Part shown: piece after piece, positions 44,044 to 55,302 of the stretch | Position numbering within the stretch: position 1 is the first letter of the stretch | How the letters are laid out: each line of letters begins with the position of its first letter | Assembly (NCBI GenBank): GCA_964291495.2 | Contig: OZ219871.1 | Location: forward strand, 960,001-1,024,000 | Source: Dehalococcoidia bacterium | GTDB taxonomy: Bacteria > Chloroflexota > Dehalococcoidia > UBA2979 | DNA length: 64,000 nt | Reading direction: 5' to 3' | Notes under the pieces: generated by a model | Told to the model about the DNA's origin: nothing | Databases searched by the model: none | What the model saw: only the letters and a program-made list of their open reading frames with translations | Position numbers and translations under genes: made by a program

Positions 44044-46524
44044 GTGAGCGAGCAGCTCGTTCCGGCGCCCGCCCTGCTCGAGGGCGTCACGGCCGTCGAG
44101 TACGGCGAGAGCGCGGCGATCGGGTTCGCCGGGCGGTTGCTCGCCGACCTCGGCGCGACGGTGACGAAGATCGAGCCGCCCGGGGGCGACCGCACGCGCT
44201 TCGAGGGCTACACCGCGCCCGGCGCGGACGCCTCCGCGCTCTTCGCCTACGCCAACGCCGGCAAGCGCAGCGCCGTGGTCGACGAGACGACGGCGGAGGG
44301 GCACGACGAGCTGGCGCGGCTGCTGGCCAGCGCCGAGATCGTGATCGACGCGCACGCGGCGAGCCACTGGCGCGAGCTGGGGCTGGACTTCGACGCGCTG
44401 CCGGGCAGCGGGCGCTGCCGCCTGGCGGTCTCCGTGACACCGTTCGGGCGCTTCGGCGAGCGCGCCGAGTGGGCGGCCACGCACCTCACCGCCCACCACA
44501 CCGGCGGTGAGTCCTACGCCTTCCCCGGCGGCCTCAGCTGGCTGCGCTACCCGGACCGCGAGCCCGTCCGCGTGCCCGGCCGCGTCGCCGAGTTCGACGC
44601 GGGCACGGCGGCCGGCCTCACGATGCTCGGCTGGCTCGCCGGCGATCGCGAGCCGGCGGTGGTCGAGCTGAGCTGGCAGGAAGCGGCGATCGCGCTGAGC
44701 CGCCAGGACATCGTGAAGTGGCCCAACGACGGCTTCATCGACAACCGCGCGACGCGCCAGATTCCCGTGCTCGGCCTCGTCGAGTGCCGCGACGGCTGGG
44801 TGGAGATCTACCCGTCCGAGCAGCACATGTGGGAGCGCCTCGTGCTCGCCGTCGGCGACCCGGAGTGGGCGCACACCCTCGGCGAGACCGCCGACGACCG
44901 CATCAAGCACACCGGCGAGCTCAACGACCTCTTCGCCGTGTGGCTCAAGGAGCGCACCAAAGCCGAGGTCTACGAGGCCCTGCGCAAGCACGGCGTGCCC
45001 GGCGGGCCGGTGCGCACGATGCGGGACATCTACGAGTCCGACCAGATGCGCTTCCGCGACTTCTTCCACGGCGTCGCCTACCCCGACGGGGAGCCTCGGG
45101 ACGTGCCCGGCCACCCCTACATCGTGCGCGAGGCCCACGGGGGGGCCGACGACCGCGCCTGGCGCCCGGGGCCGCGCGGCGCGGCTGCGCCCCGGCTCGG
45201 CGCGGACACCGAGGCGACGCTCGCGGCCCTCGACGGCGATCGCGCCCCCGCGGTCCGTTCAGGCGCCCCCGCGCCCGAGCAGACCGAAACCCCGGCGCGG
45301 CCGATCGACTGGCTCAAGGGCAAGCGCATCGTCGACCTCACCTGGTACCAGGCTGGGCCCTACGGAAACATGATCCTCGCGTCGCTCGGGGCCGAGGTCG
45401 TGAAGGTCGAGAGCCTCGGCCGCACCGACCCGTTCCGCAAGGCGCGCCGCCTCAAGACCGTCATGCTCGATGAGTTGAAGCACGGCGACTGGGTCGACAC
45501 CGGCTACCGCTTCAACGAGGTCAACATGGGCAAGCAGAGCGTCCAGGTGGACCTCGCACACGAGCGCGGCCGCGAGATCGTGCGCGAGCTGGTCGCCGGC
45601 GCCGACGTGATCATCGAGAGCTTCCGGCCGGGCGCGGTGACGCGGCTGGGCCTCGGCTTCGACCGGCTGATCGAGGTCAACCCGCGCATCGTCATGCTCT
45701 CGCTCTCGGCCAACGGCGAGACGGGGCCGGACGGGCACATGCCCGGCTACGCCGCCGTCTTCGGCGCGACCTCCGGCATGTCCGGCCTCAGCGGCTACGA
45801 CGTCAGCACCCCCAGCGAGTACCGCGGCCCGCTCGACCAGCGCGTCGGCACCTCGGTCGCCCTCGCGGCGATCGTCGGGCTGATGGCGCGCGACCACTCG
45901 GACAGCGCCGTGCTGATCGACTTCGCCGCCTCCGAGGTGGGGACCACGCTGGTCGGCGACCAGCTGCTGGAGTGGCAGCTGCGCGGCACCGTCGACGAGC
46001 CGATGGGCAACCATCACCCGGTGCTCGCGCCGCACAACTCCTACGAGTGCGAGGACAGCGACCGGCCGGGCTGGATCGTGCTCGCCGTCGAGCACGACGA
46101 GCAGTGGCGGCGGCTCGCCGCGCACATCGGCGACTGGCGGCTCGACCCCTCGTGGGACCGGGCGGCGCGCAAGGCGCAGGAGCCCGCGATCGACGCGGCG
46201 ATCGCCGACTGGGCGCGCGGCCGCAAGCGCGAGGGGCTGGTCGCCGAGCTGCAGTCGCTCGGCGTCGCGGCCTCGCCGAGCATGAACGTGCGCGACCTCT
46301 ACGAGGACGCGCACGTCCGCCAGCGCGGCATGTGGACCCGCGTCGACCACGCCCGCCTCGGCGACATCGAGGTGCTCTCGATGCCCTGGCTGGTCAACGG
46401 CGCACGCCCGGTCATGCACCCCGCGCCCGCGCTCGGCCAGCACAACGACTACGTCTACCGCGAGATCCTCGGCCTCAGCGCGGAGGAGCAGGCCGCCCTC
46501 GCCGCCTCCGGGGTGGCGTACTAG
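44044..46524 (+). CDS. Fused two-domain family III CoA-transferase (CaiB/BaiF)
   Basis: Two repeats of LADLGA.V.K.E / N.GK.S / AP.LG. Confidence 0.9.
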   Translation: MSEQLVPAPALLEGVTAVEYGESAAIGFAGRLLADLGATVTKIEPPGGDRTRFEGYTAPGADASALFAYANAGKRSAVVDETTAEGHDELARLLASAEIVIDAHAASHWRELGLDFDALPGSGRCRLAVSVTPFGRFGERAEWAATHLTAHHTGGESYAFPGGLSWLRYPDREPVRVPGRVAEFDAGTAAGLTMLGWLAGDREPAVVELSWQEAAIALSRQDIVKWPNDGFIDNRATRQIPVLGLVECRDGWVEIYPSEQHMWERLVLAVGDPEWAHTLGETADDRIKHTGELNDLFAVWLKERTKAEVYEALRKHGVPGGPVRTMRDIYESDQMRFRDFFHGVAYPDGEPRDVPGHPYIVREAHGGADDRAWRPGPRGAAAPRLGADTEATLAALDGDRAPAVRSGAPAPEQTETPARPIDWLKGKRIVDLTWYQAGPYGNMILASLGAEVVKVESLGRTDPFRKARRLKTVMLDELKHGDWVDTGYRFNEVNMGKQSVQVDLAHERGREIVRELVAGADVIIESFRPGAVTRLGLGFDRLIEVNPRIVMLSLSANGETGPDGHMPGYAAVFGATSGMSGLSGYDVSTPSEYRGPLDQRVGTSVALAAIVGLMARDHSDSAVLIDFAASEVGTTLVGDQLLEWQLRGTVDEPMGNHHPVLAPHNSYECEDSDRPGWIVLAVEHDEQWRRLAAHIGDWRLDPSWDRAARKAQEPAIDAAIADWARGRKREGLVAELQSLGVAASPSMNVRDLYEDAHVRQRGMWTRVDHARLGDIEVLSMPWLVNGARPVMHPAPALGQHNDYVYREILGLSAEEQAALAASGVAY

Positions 46525-46540
46525 GGCCTGTTTACATTCG
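46521..46540 (-). mobile_element. Possible IS5-family (IS427-like) terminal remnant at a CTAG site
   Basis: Minus strand reads CGAATGTAAACAGGCCCTAG (NVNRP*), recalled as typical of IS5-group ends; lies at the composition shift; no transposase or second end seen. Confidence 0.35.
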
Positions 46541-46543
46541 GGG

Positions 46544-46798
46544 TCACGGCGAGAACGCAGCGGCGGACCCGAAGATGGCGGCAGCAGTTACAGCCGCAGC
46601 AACGAGCGGTATGATCACCGCTAGGATGTATCTCCCAACGCTCAGCCCGCCCTTGATCTCCGATAGCGTGAGTTTTATGGGCTCCAACGCCGTCAGTAAT
46701 CCAGCCTCGTTGACGAACTCACGATCGAGCCGTTTCTCCAAGGCGTCCATCCGGGCAAGGGTTACACCGGGACTTGTGTCCTGCGACTTGCTAGTCAC
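46544..46798 (-). CDS. Small hypothetical protein, coiled coil plus C-terminal TM helix
   Basis: Overlaps upstream gene by 8 nt; YILAVIIPLVAAAVTAAAIFG. Confidence 0.6.
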   Translation of the reverse strand: MTSKSQDTSPGVTLARMDALEKRLDREFVNEAGLLTALEPIKLTLSEIKGGLSVGRYILAVIIPLVAAAVTAAAIFGSAAAFSP

Positions 46799-47060
46799 TA
46801 TCTAGCCAGTCCCATAGGAGCTGCCGCTCGCGGCCCCAATAGGTTCCGTTGAGCCGGAAGATCACGCCCCGGATCCGGTCGTCGTCATCGATGTCGAGGT
46901 GAGCGGCGACAGTCTGAAGGAGATCGTCCTTGACGAGATACGCGGTCGGACCAAGCTCAAAATGTTCCGGGTACGCGATCTTCAATCTCTCCGCTGCTTC
47001 ACGATTGGCAGCAGGATCGTCTTGCTCTTGCTCACGAAGCAGAACCACGAACGCAGCCAT
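46791..47060 (-). CDS. Small hypothetical protein, possibly Cas2/VapD-like ferredoxin fold
   Basis: GGAGG RBS (47070-47074) and TATCAT -10 (47082-47087); beta-alpha pattern ending GVIFRLNGTYWG..LWDWL. Confidence 0.6.
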   Translation of the reverse strand: MAAFVVLLREQEQDDPAANREAAERLKIAYPEHFELGPTAYLVKDDLLQTVAAHLDIDDDDRIRGVIFRLNGTYWGRERQLLWDWLDSD

Positions 47061-47280
47061 GTGCGTGGACCTCCAACTACCATGATACGTCCACGAACAG
47101 GGTAGTGAGCACCGCCAATCGCCCCCGCCGTAGCGCGGATGGTAGCACCGTAAGTCAAGCCCTACCGTGTCGCCCAGATACTCCGCTGAGATAAGCCCCG
47201 CCGAGCAGTCTCAGCGGTAGAGGCAGGGCTGGCAGAGCAGGAGGAAGGCCAACTGACTCGTTGCGGGTCAGCGCCTTTCC

Positions 47281-47625
47281 TTACCGCTGGTCGCAGCTTA
47301 CGAGCCGCGCGCGGGCGGACGAAATAGCGATCGTCGCCTCGACGATGCACTCAGTGCGGATCATCGCGCCGAAGCTGTTCTGCGCATCGACTGCGATCTT
47401 CCAGCGGTGCTGCCGGTCTGTCATGCGCGTCACCATATAGCCTGAGCCCCCCTGCCCGTCCGCGCGCCAGCAATCGCCGACCCAATCCGCCGACGCGGGA
47501 GACACGAGGCTCTGGGAGACGACGCGCTCAGCCGCTCTACAGGCGGTAACGATCTTGTCCTCCTCCGTCGGCTCAGCGTCTCCGCAGGCGGTAAGAGTGA
47601 AGAACGCGGCGAACCCTACTAGGCT
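47281..47625 (-). pseudogene. 5'-truncated phage-type lipoprotein
   Basis: Open frame SLVGFAAFFTLTACG...SPASADW...VDAQNSFGAMIR; in-frame TGA and no start upstream of the lipobox. Confidence 0.55.
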
Positions 47626-47631
47626 TCAGGC

Positions 47632-47736
47632 ATGCGAAACGCACCGCGGGACGAAGACGGTTACCTGCGGGCTGTCGCCGAGACGCTGACCGAGTGGAAC
47701 TCGCCGGAGGACGAGGACGCTTGGCGCGACCTTTGA
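47632..47736 (+). pseudogene. C-terminal fragment of an antitoxin-like gene
   Basis: MRNAPRDEDGYLRAVAETLTEWNSPEDEDAWRDL*; EW.S.ED..A.RDL tail recalled from antitoxins preceding PemK/MazF toxins. Confidence 0.55.
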
Positions 47737-47763
47737 TCCGCTTGCCCGCCCGGCAACTCCCCC

Positions 47764-48716
47764 TTACCGCCCCGTCACGTCCGGCGCGGAGCGGATGCGT
47801 TCGATGTAGTCGGCCAGCCCCGTCTCGATGGTGTAGGGGGGGCGAAGCCCAGCTCCTCGCGGATCAGAGTGTTGTCCATCAGCTGGCCGACGTGCGCCGG
47901 GCGCTCGCTGACCTCGATGCGCGCGTCGGGGAGGAGGCGGCGCAGCTCGGCGGTGTAGTCGCCGATCGGGCGCTGCTCGGCGCGCATGTTGTAGGCGCGG
48001 TGCGGCGGGTTCACCGCCATCAGCGCCAGCCACCACGCCTCGGCCGCGTAGCACCAGTCCGCCAGCTGGCTGCCGGGCGGCATCGTGATCGCCTCGCCGC
48101 GCACCGCCACCTCGGTCAGCGCCATGTAGTGCGGCAGATCGCGCACGTGCACCAGCCCCGAGGCGAACGAACCGCGCCAGGCCCGCCCCAGCCCGAACAC
48201 CGAGCAGGGCCGCAGGCTCACGATCTCCATGCCGTGCTCGTCGTTGTAGACGTCGGCCAGGTGCTCGCTCCACAGCTTGCACGCCCCGTAGAGGCTGTCC
48301 GGCCGCTTCGGGTCGTCCTCGCGCAGCGCGGTGGACTCGTGCGGGCCGTAGACGGCGAGCGAGCTGGCGTTGACGACGCGCACGATGCCGTGCAGCCGCG
48401 CCGTCTCGAAGACGTTCGCCGTGCCCATCGTCTGCACGCGCGCGTAGGGCACGATCTTCTCCGGCTCCGGCCCGCCCACGCCGAAGGCGAGGTGCACCAC
48501 CCGCTCGACGCGATGGCGGTCCAGCGCCGCCAGCAGCTCCTGCGGCTCCAGCACGTCGCCCTCGACGACGCTGACGCGGTCCTCGATGCCCTGCAGCTTG
48601 CGCGGGTCCGGGTAGCGGTCGAAGAGCACGACGTCCTCGACGCCCTTCTCGAGCAGCAGGTGACGCGCGAGGTAGGAGCCGAGGAAGCCGGTCCCGCCGG
48701 TGATCATGATCGACAT
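47764..48716 (-). CDS. NAD-dependent epimerase/dehydratase, frameshift near 3' end
   Basis: ITGGTGFLG, SSLAVYG, YGACK; C-terminus PYTIETGLADY is in another frame across the G7 run at 47836-47842. Confidence 0.85.
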
Positions 48717-48831
48717 CGCACACCTCCCGCGCGGGCGTCCTCGTCCCGGCCCGCGAGGCGCTAAGATACCGGCGCGCCGTGCCCCACGCCGCGAGGCGCC
48801 CTCGCTGCCCGACGCACCCGCTGGAGGAACG

Positions 48832-50058
<1,227 letters not shown>

Positions 50059-50065
50059 GAGCCAC

Positions 50066-50926
50066 ATGCCGTTCATCGAGCGTCCCGATGGCGCACGCAT
50101 CCACTACCAGACCTGGGGGCCGGAGGACTGCGCCACGCCGCTGCTGCTGATCGCGCCCGGCGGCGTTCGCTCCGAGATCGACTTCTGGCATCGCGGCGAC
50201 ATCGACCCGACGCGGGAGTTCGCGGACGAGCGCATGGTGATCGGCATGGACCAGCGCCACGCCGGCGAGAGCTGGGACGCGCCGCTCGAGTTCTCCTACG
50301 AGCTCGCGCTCGGCGACCAACTCGCCGTCCTCGACGCGCTCGGCGTGGAGCGCGCGCACGTCATGGGCGGCTGCATCGGGGTCGCCTACGTGCTGCGCAT
50401 GGCCCGCGATGCGCCCGACCGCGTCGCGTCGGGGATCGGGCAGAGCCCGGTCGGCATCGACCACACGAACTCGCGCGAGACGTTCATGGACATGTTCCGC
50501 CCGACAGTCGCGCTCGCGCGCGCCGAGGGCATGGCGGCGGTCGTCGCGAGCGCCCTCGAGGACCCGCAGTTCGTCACCAACAACGCGGGCGGGCCGCTCT
50601 CGCGGCGCATCGAGGTCGACCCGGCCTTCCGCGGCGTGCTCAGCGCGATGCCGCCCGAGGACTACGTCGCGCTCGTCGAGCGCCTTGGCGACGCCTACTG
50701 GCCGGACGACCCGCCCTACTTCACGGTCAGCGAGGAGTGGCTGCGCGGCTGTCCGGCGCCGCTGCTGATCCTGCCCGGCAGCGACCCGTTCCACCCCACC
50801 TCGATCGCCGAGCGCATCTGCGCCGAGGCCCCGCACGCCCGCTGCCTCGCCGTGGACTGCCGCGCGCCCGCCAACCTCCCCGCCACCCTCGAGGAGATCC
50901 GCGCCTTCCTCCGCGCGAACTCGTAG
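50066..50926 (+). CDS. Alpha/beta hydrolase with Cys nucleophile
   Basis: MDQRHAGES, HVMGGCIG, LPGSDPFHP. Confidence 0.82.
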   Translation: MPFIERPDGARIHYQTWGPEDCATPLLLIAPGGVRSEIDFWHRGDIDPTREFADERMVIGMDQRHAGESWDAPLEFSYELALGDQLAVLDALGVERAHVMGGCIGVAYVLRMARDAPDRVASGIGQSPVGIDHTNSRETFMDMFRPTVALARAEGMAAVVASALEDPQFVTNNAGGPLSRRIEVDPAFRGVLSAMPPEDYVALVERLGDAYWPDDPPYFTVSEEWLRGCPAPLLILPGSDPFHPTSIAERICAEAPHARCLAVDCRAPANLPATLEEIRAFLRANS

Positions 50927-50947
50927 CGGCCGGCGGGCGCGGAGCGC

Positions 50948-52192
50948 ATGCGCCTCCTGACCGCTCCCGGCCGCCACCCGCTCGTCGCGAACACGCTGGA
51001 ATCGCTGATCGCCTACCCGGACTTCCGCGCGCTGTGGTTGAGCACGCTGTTCGCATGGAGCGCGTGGTGGGGGCAGAACGTCGTACTCATCTGGCTGGCG
51101 TTCGACATCACGCGCTCGGAGCTCGCGGTCTCCGCGGCGGCGGCAGCCGGGTTGGCGCCGATGCTGCTCGGGCCGCTCGGCGGCCTGCTGGCGGACCGCC
51201 TCCACCGTCCGCGCCTGCTCATCGGCGCGCAGTCGCTCGGGCTCGCCACCGGGGTCGTGGTCGCCCTGCTCGTGACGCTGGATCGGGCGGAGTACTGGCA
51301 CGTCGTCGTGGCCATGGCGCTCCTCGGCCTGACCACGCAGCCGCTGATGCCGACACGGTTCACGCTCACGATCGACCTCGTGGGCGAGCGACGCGTCTCG
51401 AGCGCGAACGCGGTCACGACCGCCGGGATGCTGGGCAGCCGCATGGTCGTTCCCGCGGTGGCGGGTGCGCTGATCGCGACGTTCGGCGCGCACGTCGCGC
51501 TCTGGTTCTGCATCGCCTGGTATCTGCCCGCGTCGTGGCCCCTGCTCCGCATCGAGGACGCTCGCCGCGGTCCTCGCTCTGCCGTGACCGCGGCGCCGGC
51601 CGAGATCGCGCACGGGTTCCGCTACGCCGTCACGAGCCCCGCGCTGCGCGCCCTGCTGCTGGTCACGGTGCTGGCCAACATCCTCGGGTGGCCCGTGGTC
51701 CTCGGATTCCTCCCCGTCTTCGCCGAGGAGGTCTTCGAGGTCGGCGCGGCCGGTCTGGGATTGATCGTCGGCGTCAACGGACTGGGCGCGCTGATCGCCG
51801 CGATCACGATCGCCTCGTGGGGCGACTTTCGCCGGAAGGGGATGCTCTACCTGGGGGCGACGGTGCTGTTCGGGCTGGGGCTCGCCGCGTTCGCGCTGAG
51901 CGGCGGGTTCGCCCTCGCGCTGCTGCTCATCTTCTTCGCCGGTCTGGGGGGTTCGGGCTTCGGCGTGATGCAGAGCACCGTGACGATGCTGCTCTCGCCG
52001 CCCGAGGCGCGCGGGCGCCTGCTGGGCGTGCTCATGATTTCGATCGGCGTCCTGCCGGGTGCGACGCTCGTGCAGGGCGCCGTCGCGTCCTCGGTGGGCG
52101 TGGTGGCGACCACGGCGGCCTCGGGCCTGCTGCTCGCCGCCCTGACGGTCGCCATCACGGCCGTCTCGCCCGAGCTGCGCCGAGCCCGCTGA
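50948..52192 (+). CDS. MFS transporter
   Basis: GGLLADRLHRPRLL, about 12 TM segments, PEARGRLLG. Confidence 0.9.
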   Translation: MRLLTAPGRHPLVANTLESLIAYPDFRALWLSTLFAWSAWWGQNVVLIWLAFDITRSELAVSAAAAAGLAPMLLGPLGGLLADRLHRPRLLIGAQSLGLATGVVVALLVTLDRAEYWHVVVAMALLGLTTQPLMPTRFTLTIDLVGERRVSSANAVTTAGMLGSRMVVPAVAGALIATFGAHVALWFCIAWYLPASWPLLRIEDARRGPRSAVTAAPAEIAHGFRYAVTSPALRALLLVTVLANILGWPVVLGFLPVFAEEVFEVGAAGLGLIVGVNGLGALIAAITIASWGDFRRKGMLYLGATVLFGLGLAAFALSGGFALALLLIFFAGLGGSGFGVMQSTVTMLLSPPEARGRLLGVLMISIGVLPGATLVQGAVASSVGVVATTAASGLLLAALTVAITAVSPELRRAR

Positions 52193-52211
52193 GGGCGGTC
52201 CGGCGTCGGCC

Positions 52212-52835
52212 CTACCCGATCGAGCTGCCCCAGCGGTCGAGCGAGGCGACCTCGGCGAGCGGCTTGCGGGTGACCGGGCCGAAGGCGCCCTTCGGGTAGC
52301 CGAGCGGCACGGCGTAGACGATCTGCGCCCCCTCGGGAATCCCGAGCAGCTCCTTCGCGCGCTCGTCGACCACGGCGTGCAGCGTCGTGATCGTGCCGCC
52401 GATGCCGAGCGCCCGGGCGGCGAGCAGCAAGTTCTGCACCGAGGGAATCACCGACCCCATCGCGTTCGCCCCCTGCTCGGTCGCGCAGACCAGCACAACG
52501 ACCGGCGCCTCGCCGAACTCGTCGGCGAGGCGCATCGCCGAGACCATCGTCTGGTTCGAGCGGTCGATGTCCTCGGGGCCGTGGATGCCCTGGTCGGCGC
52601 GCTTCGCCCACCACGCCTCGCGGTAGAGCACGCCGAGCTGCCGCCGCAGCTCGGCGTCGCGCACCACGAGGAAGTGCCACGGCTGGGCGTTGCCGCCGTT
52701 CGGCGCCTGGATCGCTGCGTTGAGGATGTCGCGCAGGTCGTCCTCGGGGATCGCGTCGGGCTTCACGCGGCGGATCGCTCGCAGCGAGAAGATCGCCTCG
52801 CCGAGGCTGATCGGGAATCGTTCGCTCGCAGCCAT
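52212..52835 (-). CDS. Nitroreductase family protein
   Basis: LRAIRR, APNGGNAQPWHF, QNLLLAARALGIG, PLGYP. Confidence 0.9.
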   Translation of the reverse strand: MAASERFPISLGEAIFSLRAIRRVKPDAIPEDDLRDILNAAIQAPNGGNAQPWHFLVVRDAELRRQLGVLYREAWWAKRADQGIHGPEDIDRSNQTMVSAMRLADEFGEAPVVVLVCATEQGANAMGSVIPSVQNLLLAARALGIGGTITTLHAVVDERAKELLGIPEGAQIVYAVPLGYPKGAFGPVTRKPLAEVASLDRWGSSIG

Positions 52836-52860
52836 GTCCGGCCTCCTGTCTCCTCGCGCG

Positions 52861-53529
52861 TCACCCTGCGCCCAGCGCCGCCGCATCCAGCCCGGCGAAC
52901 GCGGCAATCGAGGGCAGACGCATGTCCGGCGGCGCACCCTCGGCGGCCTCGAGGGCGTACGGGCCCTGCTCGACAAGCACCGTCGTCACCATGTCGCCGA
53001 GGGCGGACTTCACGGCGGCGAGGATGCCGGGCTTGTCGTCGAGCAGCGCGTAGCGGCGCGCCGGGTAGCGCGCGCGGATCGTCTCCAGCTCCTGCTCCTT
53101 GTGCTCGCAGATCAGAACCCGGCCCTCGAACGCGGCCTCGAGGCCGGAGCTCTCGATCTTGTGGCGCTGGAAGCGCTCGTCGCCGTCCGAGGCGATCACC
53201 GGCAGGCCGAGGCCGCGCGCGTGCTCGACGGCCTCGAGCGCGCCGGGGAAGAGGCAGCCAGCGAAGTCCAGGCCCAGCACCGCGCCGGTGAGCATCTCGC
53301 CCAGCGAGGCTTCGCCGGACTCGCGTGCGAGGCGCTCGATCGCCTCCGGCAGGTCGACGTAGCCGAGATCGGCGCGGACCGCCTCGTAGGACTGCCAGAA
53401 GCGCCGGGCGTGCTCGAGGCCCACGGCCGCCTCGATCCTCGCGTCCAGCCCGGCCTTCACCGCCGCGCCATCGATCAGCGTGTGGTCGACATCGAAGAGC
53501 AGGACGAGGTCCGCCGAGGACGCGGTCAC
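52861..53529 (-). CDS. HAD-superfamily hydrolase
   Basis: FDVDHTLID, SDGD, LDDK. Confidence 0.85.
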   Translation of the reverse strand: MTASSADLVLLFDVDHTLIDGAAVKAGLDARIEAAVGLEHARRFWQSYEAVRADLGYVDLPEAIERLARESGEASLGEMLTGAVLGLDFAGCLFPGALEAVEHARGLGLPVIASDGDERFQRHKIESSGLEAAFEGRVLICEHKEQELETIRARYPARRYALLDDKPGILAAVKSALGDMVTTVLVEQGPYALEAAEGAPPDMRLPSIAAFAGLDAAALGAG

Positions 53530-53562
53530 CGGGGACTCCCCTCGCGCCGGCCGCCGCTCGCC

Positions 53563-54816
53563 TCAGGCCGCGAGCGTGTTCTTGTGCACCCGGCCGCCCT
53601 GCATGATCAGCCGCAGCCGCTGCGTGTCCTGCAGCAGCGTGACGTCCTCGAGCGGATCGCCGTCGACGACGATCAGGTCGGCGAGCTTGCCCACCTCGAG
53701 CGTGCCGATCTCGTCCGCCATGTGGATGCACTCGGAGGCGGTCTTCGTCGTGGCGACGATCGACTCCATGGGCGTCATGCCGTGCTGCGTCATCAGCTCC
53801 AACTCCCAGGCGTTCGTGCCGTGGACGCCCACGCCGACGTCGGTGCCCATCGCGATCCGCACGCCCGCCTCGTGGGCCGCGCGGAAGCTCTCCGCGTTCG
53901 CGTCGATCACCTCGTAGGCCTTGCGCAGCGACTGGGGCAGCACCGACTCCGGCGTCGCCTCCTCGCGCAGCACGATGCTGCGAGGCGCGTGGATCGTCGG
54001 CACCAGGAAGGCGCCGCGCTCGATCATCATCGCGATCGCCTCGTCGTCGAGGTAGAAGCCATGCTCGATCGACTCGACGCCGGCGCGGACCGCGTTCTTG
54101 ATGCCCTCGGTGGCCTGCGCGTGCGCCATGCAGGTCTTCCCGACCATCCGCGCCTCGTAGACCATCACGGCGATCTCCTCCTCGGTGAACTGCGGCGACC
54201 CGGGCTCGTCCGAGGGCGACATGACGCCGCCGGTGGCGTGCAGCTTGATGAAGTCCGCCCCGAGGCGGAGCACGCCGCGCACGGTCTTGCGCACCTCCTC
54301 GGGGCCGTCGCAGATCGTCTCGATCCACTCCGGGCCCCACTGCCGCCAGAAGCGCACCCCGCTCGGCAGCCGGCCGTCGCCGTGCCCGCCGGTCTGCGAG
54401 AGCGCGGCGACGGCGATGCGCATGCGCGGCCCCGGGATCAGCCCGCGCTCGATCGCGAGCTTGAAGCCGGCCGGCGATCCGGACGCCTCGCGCACTGCGG
54501 TGAATCCGGCGTCGAGGGTGGCGAGCGCGTTCTGCGCCGCCTCGAAGGTCGCCAGCGTCGGAGGCGTCAGCGCGCGCTGTTGCATTGACTTCCACGAGCT
54601 GTAGAAGTGCACGTGCGAGTCGATCAGGCCCGGCAGCAGCGTCGCCCCCGAGGCGTCGATCACCTCGGCGCCCTGCGGCAGCGTGTCGAGGCGGCCGACA
54701 CTCGCGATGCGTCCGTCCTCGACCACCAAGCTCGCGCCGGGCACCGCGTCGGCGCCCGTGCCGTCGATCAGCGTGACGCCGGTGATCGCGGTGGTGCCGG
54801 GAGCGGGGGCGGTCAC
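53563..54816 (-). CDS. Amidohydrolase (Xaa-Pro dipeptidase-like)
   Basis: PGLIDSHVH, TGGHGD, AHA, SIEHG, GTD, GKLADL. Confidence 0.92.
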   Translation of the reverse strand: MTAPAPGTTAITGVTLIDGTGADAVPGASLVVEDGRIASVGRLDTLPQGAEVIDASGATLLPGLIDSHVHFYSSWKSMQQRALTPPTLATFEAAQNALATLDAGFTAVREASGSPAGFKLAIERGLIPGPRMRIAVAALSQTGGHGDGRLPSGVRFWRQWGPEWIETICDGPEEVRKTVRGVLRLGADFIKLHATGGVMSPSDEPGSPQFTEEEIAVMVYEARMVGKTCMAHAQATEGIKNAVRAGVESIEHGFYLDDEAIAMMIERGAFLVPTIHAPRSIVLREEATPESVLPQSLRKAYEVIDANAESFRAAHEAGVRIAMGTDVGVGVHGTNAWELELMTQHGMTPMESIVATTKTASECIHMADEIGTLEVGKLADLIVVDGDPLEDVTLLQDTQRLRLIMQGGRVHKNTLAA

Positions 54817-55196
54817 GCGTCGATGCCCTGGTCGCGCAGCACCTGCTTGGCGATGCGCATCGCCTCGAGCGCGGCGGGGGCCCCGCAGTAGACCGCGACC
54901 TGCCGGATCACCTCGGAGATCTCAGCGGGCGTGAGGCCGTTGCCGAGGCCCGCGCGGATGTGTGTCGCCAGCTCGGTCGTCTTGCCGACGGCGGCGAGCA
55001 TTCCGAGGTTGAGCAGGCTGCGGTCGCGACGGCTCAGCCCGTCGCGCGTCCAGACCTGGCCCCAGGCGACCGCGGTCACGAACTCCTGGAACTCGCGATC
55101 GAAGTCCGTGACGCCCTCGAAGGCGCGGTCGACGTACTCGTCGCCCAGCACCTCGCGGCGTACCTTGAGGCCTTCGTCGAACCCGTCAATCGGCAT
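54813..55196 (-). CDS. Carboxymuconolactone decarboxylase family protein
   Basis: GLKVRREVLG, AWGQVWTRDGLSRRDRSL, VYCGAPA. Confidence 0.9.
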   Translation of the reverse strand: MPIDGFDEGLKVRREVLGDEYVDRAFEGVTDFDREFQEFVTAVAWGQVWTRDGLSRRDRSLLNLGMLAAVGKTTELATHIRAGLGNGLTPAEISEVIRQVAVYCGAPAALEAMRIAKQVLRDQGIDA

Positions 55197-55302
55197 GTCA
55201 GCCCCTCTCCGCATCCATTTCCGAGATCGCACGAATCATACGGCGCGCCGCCGCAGGAACGAGGAGCGGCTACGATGCCCCTCGCGAGCAGAGGAGCGAG
55301 GC

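Noticed and set aside
46525-47760. Prophage or intact IS
   Set aside because: No integrase, transposase, structural genes or second terminal repeat.
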